Shown here: positions 26,428 to 41,434 of the stretch, in pieces | Layout: every line of letters starts with the position of its first letter | How positions within the stretch are numbered: the first letter of the stretch is position 1 | Source: Squalus acanthias | Lineage: Eukaryota | Length of the DNA: 64,000 bases | Direction: 5' to 3' | Assembly (NCBI GenBank): GCA_030390025.1 | Contig: CM059441.1 | Location: 13,640,001 to 13,704,000, forward strand | Made by a program: the position numbers and the translations under genes | Notes under the pieces: generated by a model | What the model saw: only the letters and a program-made list of their open reading frames with translations | What the model was told of the DNA's origin: nothing | The model's database searches: none

Positions 26428-28068
26428 CTGACAAGAGAGCAATGCTTTAGTCTCCACTAAACAATTAACTGTACTTATGATACTGATTGAAAGTCCATTT
26501 GGCCCACTGCGCCTGTTCCCATCGTCATTGAAATAACATTATGCTTGTTAAGGTATCATTAAAAAACCAATTCGTAAATGTCTGACTTCACTGCATTATC
26601 AACTAAATTGTTCCAAATATTTATCATATTTTGAATTATAGGCCCCCAAGCCCACGGCTCAACTACACAAAACTACCACATCCTGTCTGCTAAAAATCTA
26701 CTAAAACTACCACCTCCTAAACTTCCCACCACAACTCTGTTCCTAGCTCCAACACTAGCATTAGCAATATGGCAGCTGATTAATGGCTTGTAGAAGGAGC
26801 AGGATTGATTTGATGTGTAGCCATTTTTCATTACACACACAATGGTCCTTTAACATGCAATGTTGAATCAAAACATTGAATAACTGTTTCTTCCCATGCC
26901 AATGTTAGGTTTCCAACTATTTTCTTACAGGTGAGAGGCTAGGTGCTGTGGAGGAGTGAAGGGTTTAAGGTGTCCAAGTACATAGATCACTAAAAACAGC
27001 ACAGGTACAAAAGGTAAACAAAAAGGTTAATGAAATGTTGGCCTTTTTTTGAAGGGGATTGGAATTCAAAAGTTAGGACGTGATGTTACATTAGTCAGAT
27101 CCCTGGTCAACCCTCACTGGAGCACTGCGATCAGTTTTGGGCACTGGACCTCTGTAAAGATATATTGGCCTTGGAAGGGATATGGTGCAGATTCACCAGA
27201 ATGATACCAGGGCCTAAAGCATTAAATTAAGAAGATAGGTTGCATAAATGTTTCCTATATTCCCTTAAGTTTAGAAGGTTGAGGGGTGATCTAATTGAGG
27301 TATTTTAAATGATTTAGGGATTCGATTGCGGAAATAGAGAGAAATTATTTCCCGTGGTGGAGGAATCTAAACAACGGGCGCTTCATCGTAAAATTAGAGC
27401 TAGGCCATTTAGGAATGAAATGAGGAAGCACTTTTGCCACAGAAATAGTAATGGCAATCTGGAATGAAGCCCGAAATGTGTTTTTGTGACCACAAAATTA
27501 AGATATGATAAAAGGAACAAGTGTATGGCATTAAAGCATTCAGCTTCCTCTGCTCATTGGCTCACTGAAAAATATTCCCATTTATTTTTTTTAAGAACAG
27601 CAAGAAAAAAAAATCAATATTGCAATGCCAAATGGGAAACATCAATCCCAACATTCAGATATTTACATAGTTTCAACAGATTTGCAAAATGTTCCCCCTA
27701 CATCTTTTGATTCCATTCTTAGGTTTCTTCAACAGCTCTTCCCAAACCCACAAACCCTACCACCTAGAAGGACAAGGGCGGCAGCCGCATAGGAGCACCA
27801 TCGACTCCACACTGCCCTCCAAGTCACACACCACCCTGACTTGGAAATATGTCGCTGTTCCTTTATCATCGCTGGGTCAAAATCCTGGAACTCCCTCCCT
27901 AACAGCACTGTGGGAGTACCTTCACCACATGGACTGCAGCGGTTCAAGAAGGCAGCTCACCACCACCTGCTCAAGGGAAATTAGGGGTGGGCAATAAATG
28001 CTGGTCTTGACAGCGACGGCCACATCCCATAAACGAATAAGAAAAAAGTTTAAGAAACGTTTACTCAC

Positions 28069-28254
28069 GTGGTCTGCAGGTTGGTGGTGGTGGTACAAAT
28101 GTGTTGTTCTCACTACATTCAATGACATTGTTGCCAACCATTTCATAACCTTCATTACAGCTGTAGGTGATCGTCTCCTGATGTTTGTATGTCGGTCCAA
28201 GTCCTGTGACTATGTGGCCATTTGTGAGCAGTTCAGGAGATTGACATCCAACAA
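28069..28254 (-). CDS. CCP exon type A (A11)
   Basis: 186 nt, open; same peptide as A3 (GLG variant). Confidence 0.9.
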
Positions 28255-31200
28255 CTGACAAGAGAGCAATGCTTTAGTCTCCACTAAGAAACTAACTGTA
28301 CTTATGATACTGAATGAAAGTCTATCGGGCCCACTGCGCCTGTTCCCATCTTCATCGAAATAACATTATGCTTGTTGAGGTATCATTAAAAAACAATTAG
28401 TAAATGTCTGACTTCACTGCATTATCAACTAAATTGTTCCAAATGTTTATCATATATTGAATTAAAGGCCCCAAGCTCTCAATTTCCCTCCCTAAACCTC
28501 CCCCACTCTATTCTCTGTAAAGACGCTCATTAAATCTACCTCTTTGACCAAGCTTTTGCTCACCTGTCCTAATATCTCCTTATGTGGCTCGATGACTTGC
28601 TAGTAGAACTTCAGGGGGGTGGAGGAAATTCTTTTTAAAATTATTGCTATTCTTTAAAGTTTAGTGTCGGTAATTGAGAGAGTATGAGATGATACCAAGG
28701 TGCAGCGGTGGGGTGCATAGGGGATGATGTTAGGGTTGCGCAGTAAGGGGCAGAGCAATGTTTTAGTCTCCATTAAACAATTAACTGATTGAAAGTCCAT
28801 TTGGTCCATGACTCATGTTCCCAACTTCATAGAAATATTATCCTTGTTAATGCATCATTAAAAACCAATTAGTAAATCTATAAAACTATACACGGTGGAC
28901 GGGGGTGGGGATATAAACTAAAAACAAATCCTGAACTCGATTACAGCAGAAATAAATCAAGGGGAAAAAAGACCATCTTCTGCAGCAATTACTGACGATG
29001 CCACAGTGTTCAGCTCTATTCATAACTTCTCTGATAAAGAAGCAGCCCATCCCAGCCTACAACACTCCGACTTGAGCTGACAAGTGGCAGGTAATATTCA
29101 TGCCACATTAGTGCCCGGTAACGACTATCTCAAAAAGGAGACAGCCCAGCCACCTCCCCTTGCCCTTCAATGGCATTACATTTGCTGACTCCCCCACCAT
29201 CAACATCTTGAGGGTCACCATTGACCAGACGCTGAACTAGACCGGCTATATCAACACTGTGGCTACAAGAGCAGGGTAGAGATTGGGTACTCTGCGGCAC
29301 GTGGACTACTTCCTGGCACCTGAAAGCCTTTCCACCATCTACAAGGCTCAAGTCAGCACTTTGATGGAATACTCACCACTCGCCTGGATGGGTGCAACCA
29401 CAACAACATTCAAGAAGCTCAACAATATCCAGGACTTGATTGGTACCCTTGCCACTGAACTCAATATCCACCCCCTCCATCACCAAAATTTGCATATAAA
29501 TCAGAACTGTTAGTAGAGTTGCTCAATGATACGACTGTACCACACATGAATATTTAACATTAACTATTAATTACCTATGTTTCCCAACTACTGTATGAGA
29601 TGTAATCACCTGACTTTATTCCCACAGGAAGCTTGTGTTGAAGTTTTACACACTAGCAACTGGGTGAAAGGTAGGTTTCCAACCCTCTGGGAGGGGCCTG
29701 GAGACTCCAGGAATTAAAGATTAATCTCCTGGACACTGCAGCGAGCAACCCAGGAGGAAAATTACATGGGCATTAAAAAAATAAGAGTATTTTGCTGCCA
29801 TTCCACATTCCTAGTGCTCTCCATAGGGAGGTGTTGGACGTATCCCGATACTAGGTGGAAGATTATCACGAGATGGCCAGGGAAAAATTAAATTCAGTTC
29901 GAGATCTGAACAGAGAGTAGATCAAAAGCTTCAGGGATTAATCTCAGTCAGGTCACGGGCACAGCACACTGATGAACCAATACATGCAATTCAGAGCAGG
30001 GCATGGGCATTCTTCTCTCTGACGTTTCCTTTCTGCCCCCTCCCAATAATCCGAGCAACAACCTAATCAACTTATCTCAGTTGCATGTTTTTTTAGGTGA
30101 GCAGGGAAACAGAAAGAGAGATGAATACAGAAGAAGCCAGGGTGAACTGTGAACACTGGAAGGTTAGTTCTTTCCCACTTAGGGTACAGCACACGTCACA
30201 GGATTGTAAAATCTGAAATACTAAATAAAAGGAAGGAGAATTACAAAGTATTTATAGGCCCTTCGGACCAACAGGTCCATGCCGGTGTTTATGCTCCACA
30301 CGAGTCTCCTCCCACCCTTCTTCATCTAACCCCATCAACATATCCTTCTATTCCTTTCTCCCTCATGTGTTTATCTAACTTCCCCTGAAATGCATCTATG
30401 CTATTCGCCTCAACTATGCCTTCGGGTACAAAAGGTAAACAAAAAGGTTAATGAAATGTTGGCCTTTTTTTGAAGGGGATTGGAATTCAAAAGTGAGGAC
30501 GTGATGCTTCAATTTGTCAGATCCCTGGTCAACCCTCACTGGAGCACTGCGTTCAGTATTGGGCACTGAACCTCTGTAAAGATATATTGGCCTTGGATGG
30601 GATATGGTGCAGATTCACCAGAATGATACCAGGGCCTAAAGCATTAAATTAAGAAGATAGGTTGCATAAATGTTGCCTATATTCCCTTAAGTTTAGTAGG
30701 TTGAGGGGTGATCTAATTGAGGTATTTTAAATGATTTAGGGATTCGATTGCGGAGATATAGAGAAATTATTTCCCGTGGTGGAGGAATCTAAACAACGGG
30801 CGCATCATCGTAAAATTAGAGCTAGGCCACTTAGGAATGAAATGAGGAAGCACTTTTGCCACAGAAATAGTAATGGCAATCTGGAACGAAGCCCGAAATG
30901 TGTTTTTGTGACCACAAAATTAAGACATGATAAGAGGAACAAGTGTATGGCATTAAAGCATTCAGCTTCCTCTGCTCATTGGCTCACTGAAAAATATTCC
31001 CATTTATTTTTTTTTAAAAACAGCAAGAAAAAAAATCAATATTGCAATGCCAAATGGGAAACATCAATCCCAACATTCAGATATTTACATAGTTTCAACA
31101 GATTTGCAAAATGTTCCCCCTACATCTTTTGATTCCATTCTTAGGTTTCTTCAACAGCACCTCCCAAACCCACAAACCCTACCACCTAGAAAGACAAGGG

Positions 31201-31490
31201 CAGCAGCCGCATAGGAGCACCATCGACTCCACACTGCCCTCCAAGTCACACACCACCCTGACTTGGAAATATGTCGCTGTTCCTTTATCATCGCTGGGTC
31301 AAAATCCTGGAACTCCCTCCCTAACAGCATTGTGGGAGTACCTTCACCACATGGACTGCAGCGGTTCAAGAAAGCAGCTCACCACCACCTGCTCAAGGGA
31401 AATTAGGGGTGGGCAATAAATGCTGGTCTTGACAGCGACGGCCACACCCCATAAACGAATAAGAAAATAGTTTAAGAAACGTTTACTCAC

Positions 31491-31676
31491 ATGGTCTGCA
31501 GGTTGGTGGTGGTGGTACAAATGTGTTGTTCTCACTACATTCAATGACATTGTTGCCAACCATTTCATAACCTTCATTACAGCTGTAGGTGATCGTCTCC
31601 TGATGTTTGTATGTCGGTCCAAATCCTGTGACTATGTGGCCATTTGTGAGCAGTTCAGGAGATTGACATCCAACAA
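31491..31676 (-). CDS. CCP exon type A (A12)
   Basis: 186 nt, open; same peptide as A7. Confidence 0.88.
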
Positions 31677-34371
31677 CTGACAAAAGAGCAATGTTTTAGT
31701 CTCCATTAAACAATTAACTGTACTTATGATGCTGAATGAAAGTCTATCGGGCCCACTGCGCCTGTTCCCATCTTCATCGAAATAACATTATGCTTGTTAA
31801 GGCATCATTAAAAAACAATTAGTAAATGTCTGACTTCACTGCATTATCAACTAAATTGTTCCAAATGTTTATCAAATTTTGAATTAAAGGCCCCAAGCTC
31901 TCAATTTCCCTCCCTAAACCTCCCCCACTCTATTCTCTGTAAAGACGCTCATTAAATCTACCTCTTTGACCAAGCTTTTGCTCACCTGTCCTAATATCTC
32001 CTTATGTGGCTCGATGACTTGCTAGTAGAACTTGAGGGGGGTGGAGGAAATTCTTTTTAAAATTATTGCTATTCTTTAAAGTTTAGTGTCGGTAATTGAG
32101 AGAGTATGAGATGATACCAAGGTGCAGCGGTGGGGTGCATAGGGGATGATATTAGGGTTGCGCAGTAAGGGGCAGAGCAATGTTTTAGTCTCCATTAAAC
32201 AATTAACTGATTGAAAGTCCATTTGGTCCATGACTCATGTTCCCAACTTCATAGAAATATTATCCTTGTTAATGCATCATTAAAAACCAATTAGTAAATC
32301 TATAAAACTATACACGGTGGACGGGGGTGGGGATATAAACTAAAAACAAATCCTGAACTCGATTACAGCAGAAATAAATCAAGGGGAAAAAAGACCATCT
32401 TCTGCAGCAATTACTGACGATGCCACAGTGTTCAGCTCTATTCATAACTTCTCTGATAAAGAAGCAGCCCATCCCAGCCTACAACACTCCGACTTGAGCT
32501 GACAAGTGGCAGGTAATATTCATGCCACATTAGTGCCCGGTAACGACTATCTCAAAAAGGAGACAGCCCAGCCACCTCCCCTTGCCCTTCAATGGCATTA
32601 CATTTGCTGACTCCCCCACCATCAACATCTTGAGGGTCACCATTGACCAGACGCTGAACTAGACCGGCTATATCAACACTGTGGCTACAAGAGCAGGGTA
32701 GAGATTGGGTACTCTGCGGCACGTGGACTACTTCCTGGCACCTGAAAGCCTTTCCACCATCTACAAGGCTCAAGTCAGCACTTTGATGGAATACTCACCA
32801 CTCGCCTGGATGGGTGCAACCACAACAACATTCAAGAAGCTCAACAATATCCAGGACTTGATTGGTACCCTTGCCACTGAACTCAATATCCACCCCCTCC
32901 ATCACCAAAATTTGCATATAAATCAGAACTGTTAGTAGAGTTGCTCAATGATACGACTGTACCACACATGAATATTTAACATTAACTATTAATTACCTAT
33001 GTTTCCCAACTACTGTATGAGATGTAATCACCTGACTTTATTCCCACAGGAAGCTTGTGTTGAAGTTTTACACACTAGCAACTGGGTGAAAGGTAGGTTT
33101 CCAACCCTCTGGGAGGGGCCTGGAGACTCCAGGAATTAAAGATTAATCTCCTGGACACTGCAGCGAGCAACCCAGGAGGAAAATTACATGGGCATTAAAA
33201 AAATAAGAGTATTTTGCTGCCATTCCACATTCCTAGTGCTCTCCATAGGGAGGTGTTGGACGTATCCCGATACTAGGTGGAAGATTATCACGAGATGGCC
33301 AGGGAAAAATTAAATTCAGTTCGAGATCTGAACAGAGAGTAGATCAAAAGCTTCAGGGATTAATCTCAGTCAGGTCACGGGCACAGCACACTGATGAACC
33401 AATACATGCAATTCAGAGCAGGGCATGGGCATTCTTCTCTCTGACGTTTCCTTTCTGCCCCCTCCCAATAATCCGAGCAACAACCTAATCAACTTATCTC
33501 AGTTGCATGTTTTTTTAGGTGAGCAGGGAAACAGAAAGAGAGATGAATACAGAAGAAGCCAGGGTGAACTGTGAACACTGGAAGGTTAGTTCTTTCCCAC
33601 TTAGGGTACAGCACACGTCACAGGATTGTAAAATCTGAAATACTAAATAAAAGGAAGGAGAATTACAAAGTATTTATAGGCCCTTCGGACCAACAGGTCC
33701 ATGCCGGTGTTTATGCTCCACACGAGTCTCCTCCCACCCTTCTTCATCTAACCCCATCAACATATCCTTCTATTCCTTTCTCCCTCATGTGTTTATCTAA
33801 CTTCCCCTGAAATGCATCTATGCTATTCGCCTCAACTATGCCTTCGGGTAGCGAGTTCCACCTACTTATTTAAACAATAGCACAAATTAATTGGGAATTA
33901 AGTTTTATTAATTAAGTAAACTTTGTTGACTAATTTCTTTCCCCAAACAAAAACATCCATCACTTTAGTTACAGCTCAATTTGGCAATTACAGCACAGCA
34001 ACTGCACCAGATGCAAATTCCTGTGGAATTGATATTGAAAGTATTAATCCAAGTACCATTTACAGTTTGACTGAAAAAGCACATTTTAAAAACAAAATCT
34101 ACAATTGTTACTTTTCTTCCTTCATTAGTAATCAAACTATTTATCACCATGGGAATGGAAATCATTTAATAAATTGAAAAGAAAATGCCAAGCAGCCCAT
34201 GAACCCTATTCCTTCTCCTGGCCATGTACAATCGCGCCATTATAATTCTGACAACAACCATTCACTGTAAAGCTAATTGGGGTACTTTATAAAACATTAT
34301 ACAATATTTTAGAAGTTGACATAATTGTTTGGCACAGAAAGTGAAGCCTGACATTTGGAACCCTAACTTAC

Positions 34372-34445
34372 ATTCACAGGTTGGGGCCTGGCCATCCCAG
34401 CCATCAGCTGTACACAACCGAGAGTTCCGACCCACCATCCGGTAC
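34372..34445 (-). CDS. Split CCP type C, second half (unit 3)
   Basis: 74 nt, YRMVGRNSRLCTADGWDGQAPTCE, splice sites intact. Confidence 0.9.
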
Positions 34446-35063
34446 CTGGAGAAACAGAAACAGGCTAGTCAGGATCCTGGGTTACATCAGCACAGGGGCA
34501 CATTGAAAATCAAGACATATTATACTATTACTGGACGAAGTGTTGGTCGGAAAACATATGGAAGAGCAAATGTAATTCAGGTCAGCTCGTCTTAGGAAGG
34601 ATATTGGTGCTTCTTGGCTCACAGAGCGGAATCACAGTTTTGAGGAACCAGCAGGCACAAACCTCCAATGTTGAACTCAAATTATGGATCTACAGATCAA
34701 TCATAAGTTAAATATTGCAATTGTTCTCGAAGAGCCGAAGTGACAGGAAGTTTGACCAGTGGGTGAAAGTTCACAGCTTCAGTAGCCCAGAATTTAGCAC
34801 TAATTGGACAATTACATGACTGGTGAGAGTAGAATGTGTAAAACTACTACCCACAGTGTTACATTCAGTTACAAGCCTCACACAGTAACCACATGGACGG
34901 CTGTCTTCAGAAATGTAAACAACAGGTAATGGTTGTCTTGTGTTGGGTAAGTGGCATTGTTGCACCAACATGGAGATGCTGTGGACTGCTGTCACCTCAT
35001 TCACAACATTTTTAAAATAAACCTTCACCAATCTATACAGCAATCTGAGTAAGGACAACTCAC

Positions 35064-35160
35064 CCTTCATTACAATAAAAAGTAACTTTGCTTCCAAATG
35101 TAGTATTTGGTGACTCATAATACCCATTCAGAATCTCTCCTGGATTACTACAGGTCAATG
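35064..35160 (-). CDS. Split CCP type C, first half (unit 3)
   Basis: 97 nt, LTCSNPGEILNGYYESPNTTFGSKVTFYCNEG. Confidence 0.9.
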
Positions 35161-37500
35161 CTAGATAGAAAAAATGGAAAAGGTAGAAATATTACAAAAT
35201 ACCAGGAGCTAAAGTGACTTTTTTTAATGTATTTTTTTCAATGTAATTCACAGTATTTTGGAATTAATATATGAAACTGCTACCAACTTCACCTAATTCT
35301 GGAATTCATTTTGAAAATGTTGGCAAAATATATACAAGATTCACTCAAAGGTGCAATACCACTCATTAATAGGCCTCTGCCTTCAATCTCCCTCTGCATG
35401 CATCTAGGAGAATCTTTACCAGCAGTCCAAAACACAAGGGCCTAGAAATTCAGTTGTGGAGCCTCTTATTCCTCCAACATGGCAGGCAGGAAGCATCTCA
35501 ATGTGATCGGGCAACAAATATCTCATCTTTGGAATTCTCTACCCCATAAGGCTCTGGATGCTGAGTCGTTGAGTATATTCAAGGCTGAGATTGATAGATT
35601 TTTGGATTCCAGGGGAATCAAGGGATATGGGGGATCAGGCGGGAAAGTGGAGTTGAGGTCGAAGATCAGCCATGATCTTATTGAATAGCAGAACAGACTC
35701 GAGGGGCCGTATGTCCTACTCCTGCTCCTAATTCTTATGTTCTTATGTTCCCACTATATATACCAACATTCTTGTCAGCCAATTCATAACCTGCATTCCA
35801 GCTGCAGCTGATCATCTCCAGGTATCTGATCCATCACACTAAGCAGATGAGAGATACCATCACGGGTATCCTGCTGCTGCTCCAGCATCTTTAGCTTGAA
35901 GACAGGCCTTCTCACCTTGTGTCTCAGTCCTGTGATGTTTTAGGATGTGTTCCTAAATGCCACTTTGGGTTTAACTTTCTCTATTAATAACACAAGGGAA
36001 ATGTCCACTCACTATTTCACCATGTATTCCAGATGAAAAGACAGTGTGTGCGTGTCTACAAAGTTAGAATGTGATATAAACTGGTACGTACAACATTAAA
36101 GCTGTAAGGGTTCCCTTTGCACAATTGGTCATTAAAAAAGACTGAAATTGGAGGACTTTTAAAACGCTTTTGGAGTGAAAAGGAACAAGACAGAAATGGA
36201 TATGTCAATGTCTACTGGGAAAAATCCAAGTCAACATTCAGGTAATTTTTATATATTTAGAAAAGGTTTAACCCACATCTTTTTATTTCTCAAATTTAAG
36301 AAATCGTTACCCACATAGATTGCAATAGATGCCTGGTAAACCTGCACCACATGTTGGTATAGGAATAGAATATCACAGATGAGAGGACATATTGTAGCTC
36401 GTGCACAGTAGTGACAGCATACTTGAAATATTGAATTAATTTTTATACCAACTAGCACACTATTGATGTTGGAGTGCCCCAAAGTTCCGTCTGATGCCCC
36501 TTTTTCTCATCGATACACTGTTCCTCGGTGACAACATTTGTAGGCATGGATTCAATTTCCACATGTATGCTAACAACATCCATTACTACTTCTCCACCAC
36601 CATGCTCGACTCCGCAATGACCACTGTTGTGCTCGGCTGCTTATCTGACATTAAGTCATAGTTAAGGAAGATCTTCCTTCAATTTATCTGTAAGACTGAA
36701 GCCATCCTGTTTGGCTCCTGCCAAAGAATCAGCACCTCACCTGAATTTCATTCTCCTCCCTGACTACCACTCTCTTATGCATCAGAAAGAGCACTTATTT
36801 CCACTTCAGTAACGTTACCTACTTCTACCTCAGCACCACCACCACTGAAATATTTCTCCAGGCTTTTGTCACCTCCTCAATATCGATTATTTCACTCAAG
36901 CTTGATCAGCAAATTAATGCAACAGTTTCCTATGTGCTGCACTAACACAAGTAATTCAGTGGGGCACAGACACAGATCTAGTTGGATCTTAAAACGAGAA
37001 AGGAAGAGGAAGAGGAGGGAAGATGAGCATGATTTAACTATGGATCATTACCTATGGATTATGGTGACTATATTTAGCAATTCACACTCATTAATATATA
37101 GCAATTCAACTATGGCTGAAAACATCCGATTATACTGTGCCAAATCACAATTTATATTCTTTTAACAATGATATAAACGTAGTTGACATTTTCAGGGTTG
37201 TGTTTCAAAAAACAAACTTGTACCATTCTGTGAACAAAAGGCAAAAATGTAGAATTTAAAAAAAAAATTTGGAAGAAAACCTCCCCATCAAGTTGGCTTC
37301 AGCATCTCCGAGTGAATGAAGACAAAAAGGGGTTTCCACTCCTGATCACGAACCATTAGTTCCAGCTTAAGGCTTGTGTACGCTAAGATACTGAAGGTTG
37401 CTTGAGCTGAGAGAACTGCACTCCAGCACAAGTCACTTCCTTCAGGAGAGGATGGACAAAGTGAATTAATAGAGAAAATAAAGTTACCCTCATCACTTAC

Positions 37501-37692
37501 GTTCACAAATGGCCTGTAATGGTGTCCAAGTTGAATCAACCTGACAGGTAACAGAGGTTGAATTTTCATCTTTCAGTGTGTAGCCCGTATAACAACTGTA
37601 ATTAACTTCAGTACCCACAACAAATGAGGTCCGAGAAATTAATTCCTCAGTTGGTGAGCCATTTTCCAATTGTGGAAGCTTGCCACAGGAAC
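37501..37692 (-). CDS. CCP exon type B (B3)
   Basis: 192 nt, open. Confidence 0.9.
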
Positions 37693-38668
37693 CTTTAAAC
37701 ATAAGGAAATCAACATAGTGCAAAAATAAAATTAAGTGTGAAGCTTGAATATGAGGTGGATTATGTACAGTACATCAAACAGTTCACAATCGCAGAGGGT
37801 TTACACAGAATCAGTGGATAAAGCTATTCTGAGCTAAGAATACATTTGGCAGTATTGGTGGATGGACGTTTAATACTCCTCTGTCCACATTTGAGGTAAA
37901 TTCTGTTTGTTTATGGAAATTTATGTTTATGTAACACTGTATAATGTGGCAAACTCACTAACACTACACTAAATCTTCCACTTCTGTGCTCCTGGTGGAT
38001 GCTGGGAGGACACATCAGGAAATTGTGCCCATGATTTTGCATCCATTAATTTTAAGAAGGATTACATTTATGGTGACGTATTGCAATGTGGAAAGTGGTG
38101 GTGTTGCTGGTGACGGGCGGTGGGTATCCTGAGGGCACCAAAGGGGGGCAGACAGCTCAGGGGAGTTGACGAGTTCTTCAGATCAGGAGGCCAAGTGGAC
38201 CGCCTGATATTGCGGCAGCCCGGAACTGGCCGCCTGCATTGGTGGGCTTGTACGGCAGAGATAGCCCACTGTTACGATGCAAATGAGGCCCGGCGTTCAA
38301 AATGGACCAGGGCTCCTGCCACGACTACTGAGCGGCCGGTCGCACGTACTGCCTGCCAGCCACTGGAATTCCTCTCGGGTGGTGGGGGGTGACGGGGGGG
38401 GGAATTCACCCCTGTATGAGCGTTTGTGACCAGACACGATAAAAGGGGACAATGTGTGGCGTTAAAGCATTACGTTTCCTCTGCTCATTGGGTCACTGAA
38501 AGTATTCCAATTTCATTTTTTTAAACTGCAACAAAAAAAATCAATGTGCCAATGCAAACTGGGAAAGATCAATCCCAACATTCAGGGATTAACAGAGTTT
38601 CAACAGATTGCAATAGGTCCACCCACATCGTTTGATTCCATTCTCAAGTTTAAGGAATGGTTACTCAC

Positions 38669-38854
38669 GTGGTCTGCAGGTTGGTGGTGGTGGTACAAAT
38701 GTGTTGTTCTCACTACATTCAATGACATTGTTGCCAACCATTTCATAGCCTTCATTACAGCTGTAGGTGATCGTCTCCCGATGTTTGTATGTCGGTCCAA
38801 ATCCTGTGACTATGCGACCATTTGTGAGCAGTTCAGGAGATGGACATCCAACAA
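38669..38854 (-). CDS. CCP exon type A (A13)
   Basis: 186 nt, open. Confidence 0.9.
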
Positions 38855-41248
38855 CTGACAAGAGAGCAATGCTTTAGTCTCCACTAAGAAACTAACTGTA
38901 CTTATGATACTGAATGAAAGTCTATCGGGCCCACTGCGCCTGTTCCCAACTTCATCGAAATAACATTATGCTTGTTGAGGCATCATTAAAAAACAATTAG
39001 TAAATGTCTGACCTCACTGCATTATCAACTAAATTGTACCAAATGTTTATCATATTTTGAATTACAGGCCCCAAGCTCTCAAATTCCCTCCCTAAACCTC
39101 CCCCACTCTATTCTCCGTAAAGACGCTCATTAAATCTACCTCTTTGACCAAGCTTTTTACTCACTTGTCCTAATATCTCCTTATGTGGCTCGATGACTTG
39201 CTAGTAGAACTTGAGGGGGGGGGGGGGGTGGGGAGGAAAATCTTTTTAAAATTATTAATTTTCTTTAAAGTTTAGTGCAAGTGATTGAGAGAGTATGAGG
39301 TGATACCAAGGTGGTGGGGTGGGGGGGTGCATAGGGGATGATATTAGGGTTCCACAGTAAAGGGCAGAGAAGGAGGCAGTGTAGTAGGACCAGTGGAGAA
39401 CAGGTGAGAAGCAGAGTGGGGTGTGGGGGGAGAAAGGGTGATGACCAAGGGAGAATACAGTCAGTTTCCCACTGCTGAGAAACTGGCAAAAATAATGAAG
39501 TAGCCAACAAGGCCCATCCCTCATTTATGAAACCAGTGGCCCAATTCTCTTCATCGCCTCTCGTGATCTTCCATTGCCCCACTTGGTCTTCCATTGCTCC
39601 CCTTCTCTTCGTCACTTCGTGCCTTGCACCAACCGGCAGACCGCACAACAACATCGCCCTATTCTGAGTCACCTTTTCCCCAGCCTGCTACTCCTGTTCT
39701 ACCTCATTCCTCCATCCATACTGCTCCCACTTTTCGTTCGGCTGGCACTTCCCACCCTCTCCTTACCGCCACTCTCCACTCACTGCCGCTTACACTTTTC
39801 CGTTACAAGTCACCACCACCTCCTAGATCTCCCACAGCTCAACTTCACAAAACTACCACATCCTGTCTGCTAAAAATCTACTAAAACTACCACCTCCTAA
39901 ACTTCCCACCACAACTCTGTTCCTAGCTCCAACACTACCATTAGCAATATGGCAGCTGATTAATGGCTTGTAGAAGGAGCAGGATTGATTTGATGTGTAG
40001 CCATTTTTCATTACACACACTATGGTCCTTTAACATGCAATGTTGAATCAAAACATTGAATAACTGTTTCTTCCCATGCCAATGTTAGGTTTCCAACTAT
40101 TTTCTTACAGGTGAGAGGCTAGGTGTTGTGGAGGAGTGAAGGGTTTAAGGTGTCCAAGTACATAGATCACTAAAAACAGCACAGGTACAAAAGGTAAACA
40201 AAAAGGTTAATGAAATGTTGGCCTTTATTTCAAGGGGATTGGAATTCAAAAGTGAGGACGTGATGCTTCAATTAATCAGATCCTTGGCCAACCCTCACTG
40301 GAGCACTGCGATCAGTTTTGGGCACTGAACCTCTGTAAAGATATATTGGCCTTGGAAGGGATATGGTGCAGATTCACCAGAATGATACCAGGGCCTAAAG
40401 CATTAAATTAAGAAGATAGGTTGCATAAATGTTTCCTATATTCCCTTAAGTTTAGAAGGTTGAGGGGTGATCTAATTGAGGTATTTTAAATGATTTAGGG
40501 ATTCGATTGCGGAGATAGAGAGAAATTATTTCCCGTGGTGGAGGAATCTAAACAACGGGCGCTTCATCGTAAAATTAGAGCTAGGCCACTTAGGAATGAA
40601 ATGAGGAAGCACGTTTGCCACAGAAATAGTAATGGCAATCTGGAATGAAGCCCGAAATGTGTTTTTGTGACCACAAAATTAAGATATGATAAAAGGAACA
40701 AATGTATAGCATTAAAGCATTCAGCTTCCTCTGCTCATTGGCTCACTGAAAAATATTCCCATTTATTTTTTTTAAGAACAGCAAGAAAAAAAATCAATAT
40801 TGCAATGCCAAATGGGAAACATCAATCCCAACATTCAGATATTTACATAGTTTCAACAGATTTGCAAAATGTTCCCCCTACATCTTTTGATTCCATTCTT
40901 AGGTTTCTTCAACAGCACCTCCCAAACCCACAAACCCTACCACCTAGAAGGACAAGGGCAGCAGCCGCATAGGAGCACCATCGACTCCACACTGCCCTCC
41001 AAGTCACACACCACCCTGACTTGGAAATATGTCGCTGTTCCTTTATCATCGCTGGGTCAAAATCCTGGAAATCCCTCCCAAACAGCACTGTGGGAGTAAC
41101 TTCACCACAAGTACTGCAGCGGTTCAAGAAGGCAGCCCACCACCACCTGCTCAAGGGAAATTAGGGGTGGGCAATAAATGCTGGTCTTGACAGCGACGGC
41201 CACACCCCATAAACGAATAAGAAAATAGTTTAAGAAACGTTTACTCAC

Positions 41249-41434
41249 GTGGTCTGCAGGTTGGTGGTGGTGGTACAAATGTGTTGTTCTCACTACATTC
41301 AATGACATTGTTGCCAACCATTTCATAACCTTCATTACAGCTGTAGGTGATCGTCTCCTGATGTTTGTATGTCGGTCCAAATCCTGTGACTATGCGACCA
41401 TTTGTGAGCAGTTCAGGAGATTGACATCCAACAA
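41249..41434 (-). CDS. CCP exon type A (A14)
   Basis: 186 nt, open. Confidence 0.9.

Larger units (their letters stand above)
27003..33850. repeat. 3422-bp tandem duplication adding one A exon
   Basis: Exon offset 28069->31491; junction ttcg-GGTA-caaaagg at 30425-30428. Confidence 0.88.
1..39275. repeat. Three tandem long homologous repeats: 1-12669 (includes the PLE), 12670-24253 (11584 bp), 24254-39275 (includes a 3422-bp internal duplication)
   Basis: The window-start sequence tgcaagtgattgagagagtatgagg recurs at 12670, 24254 and 39276; introns and exons are near-identical. Confidence 0.92.
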
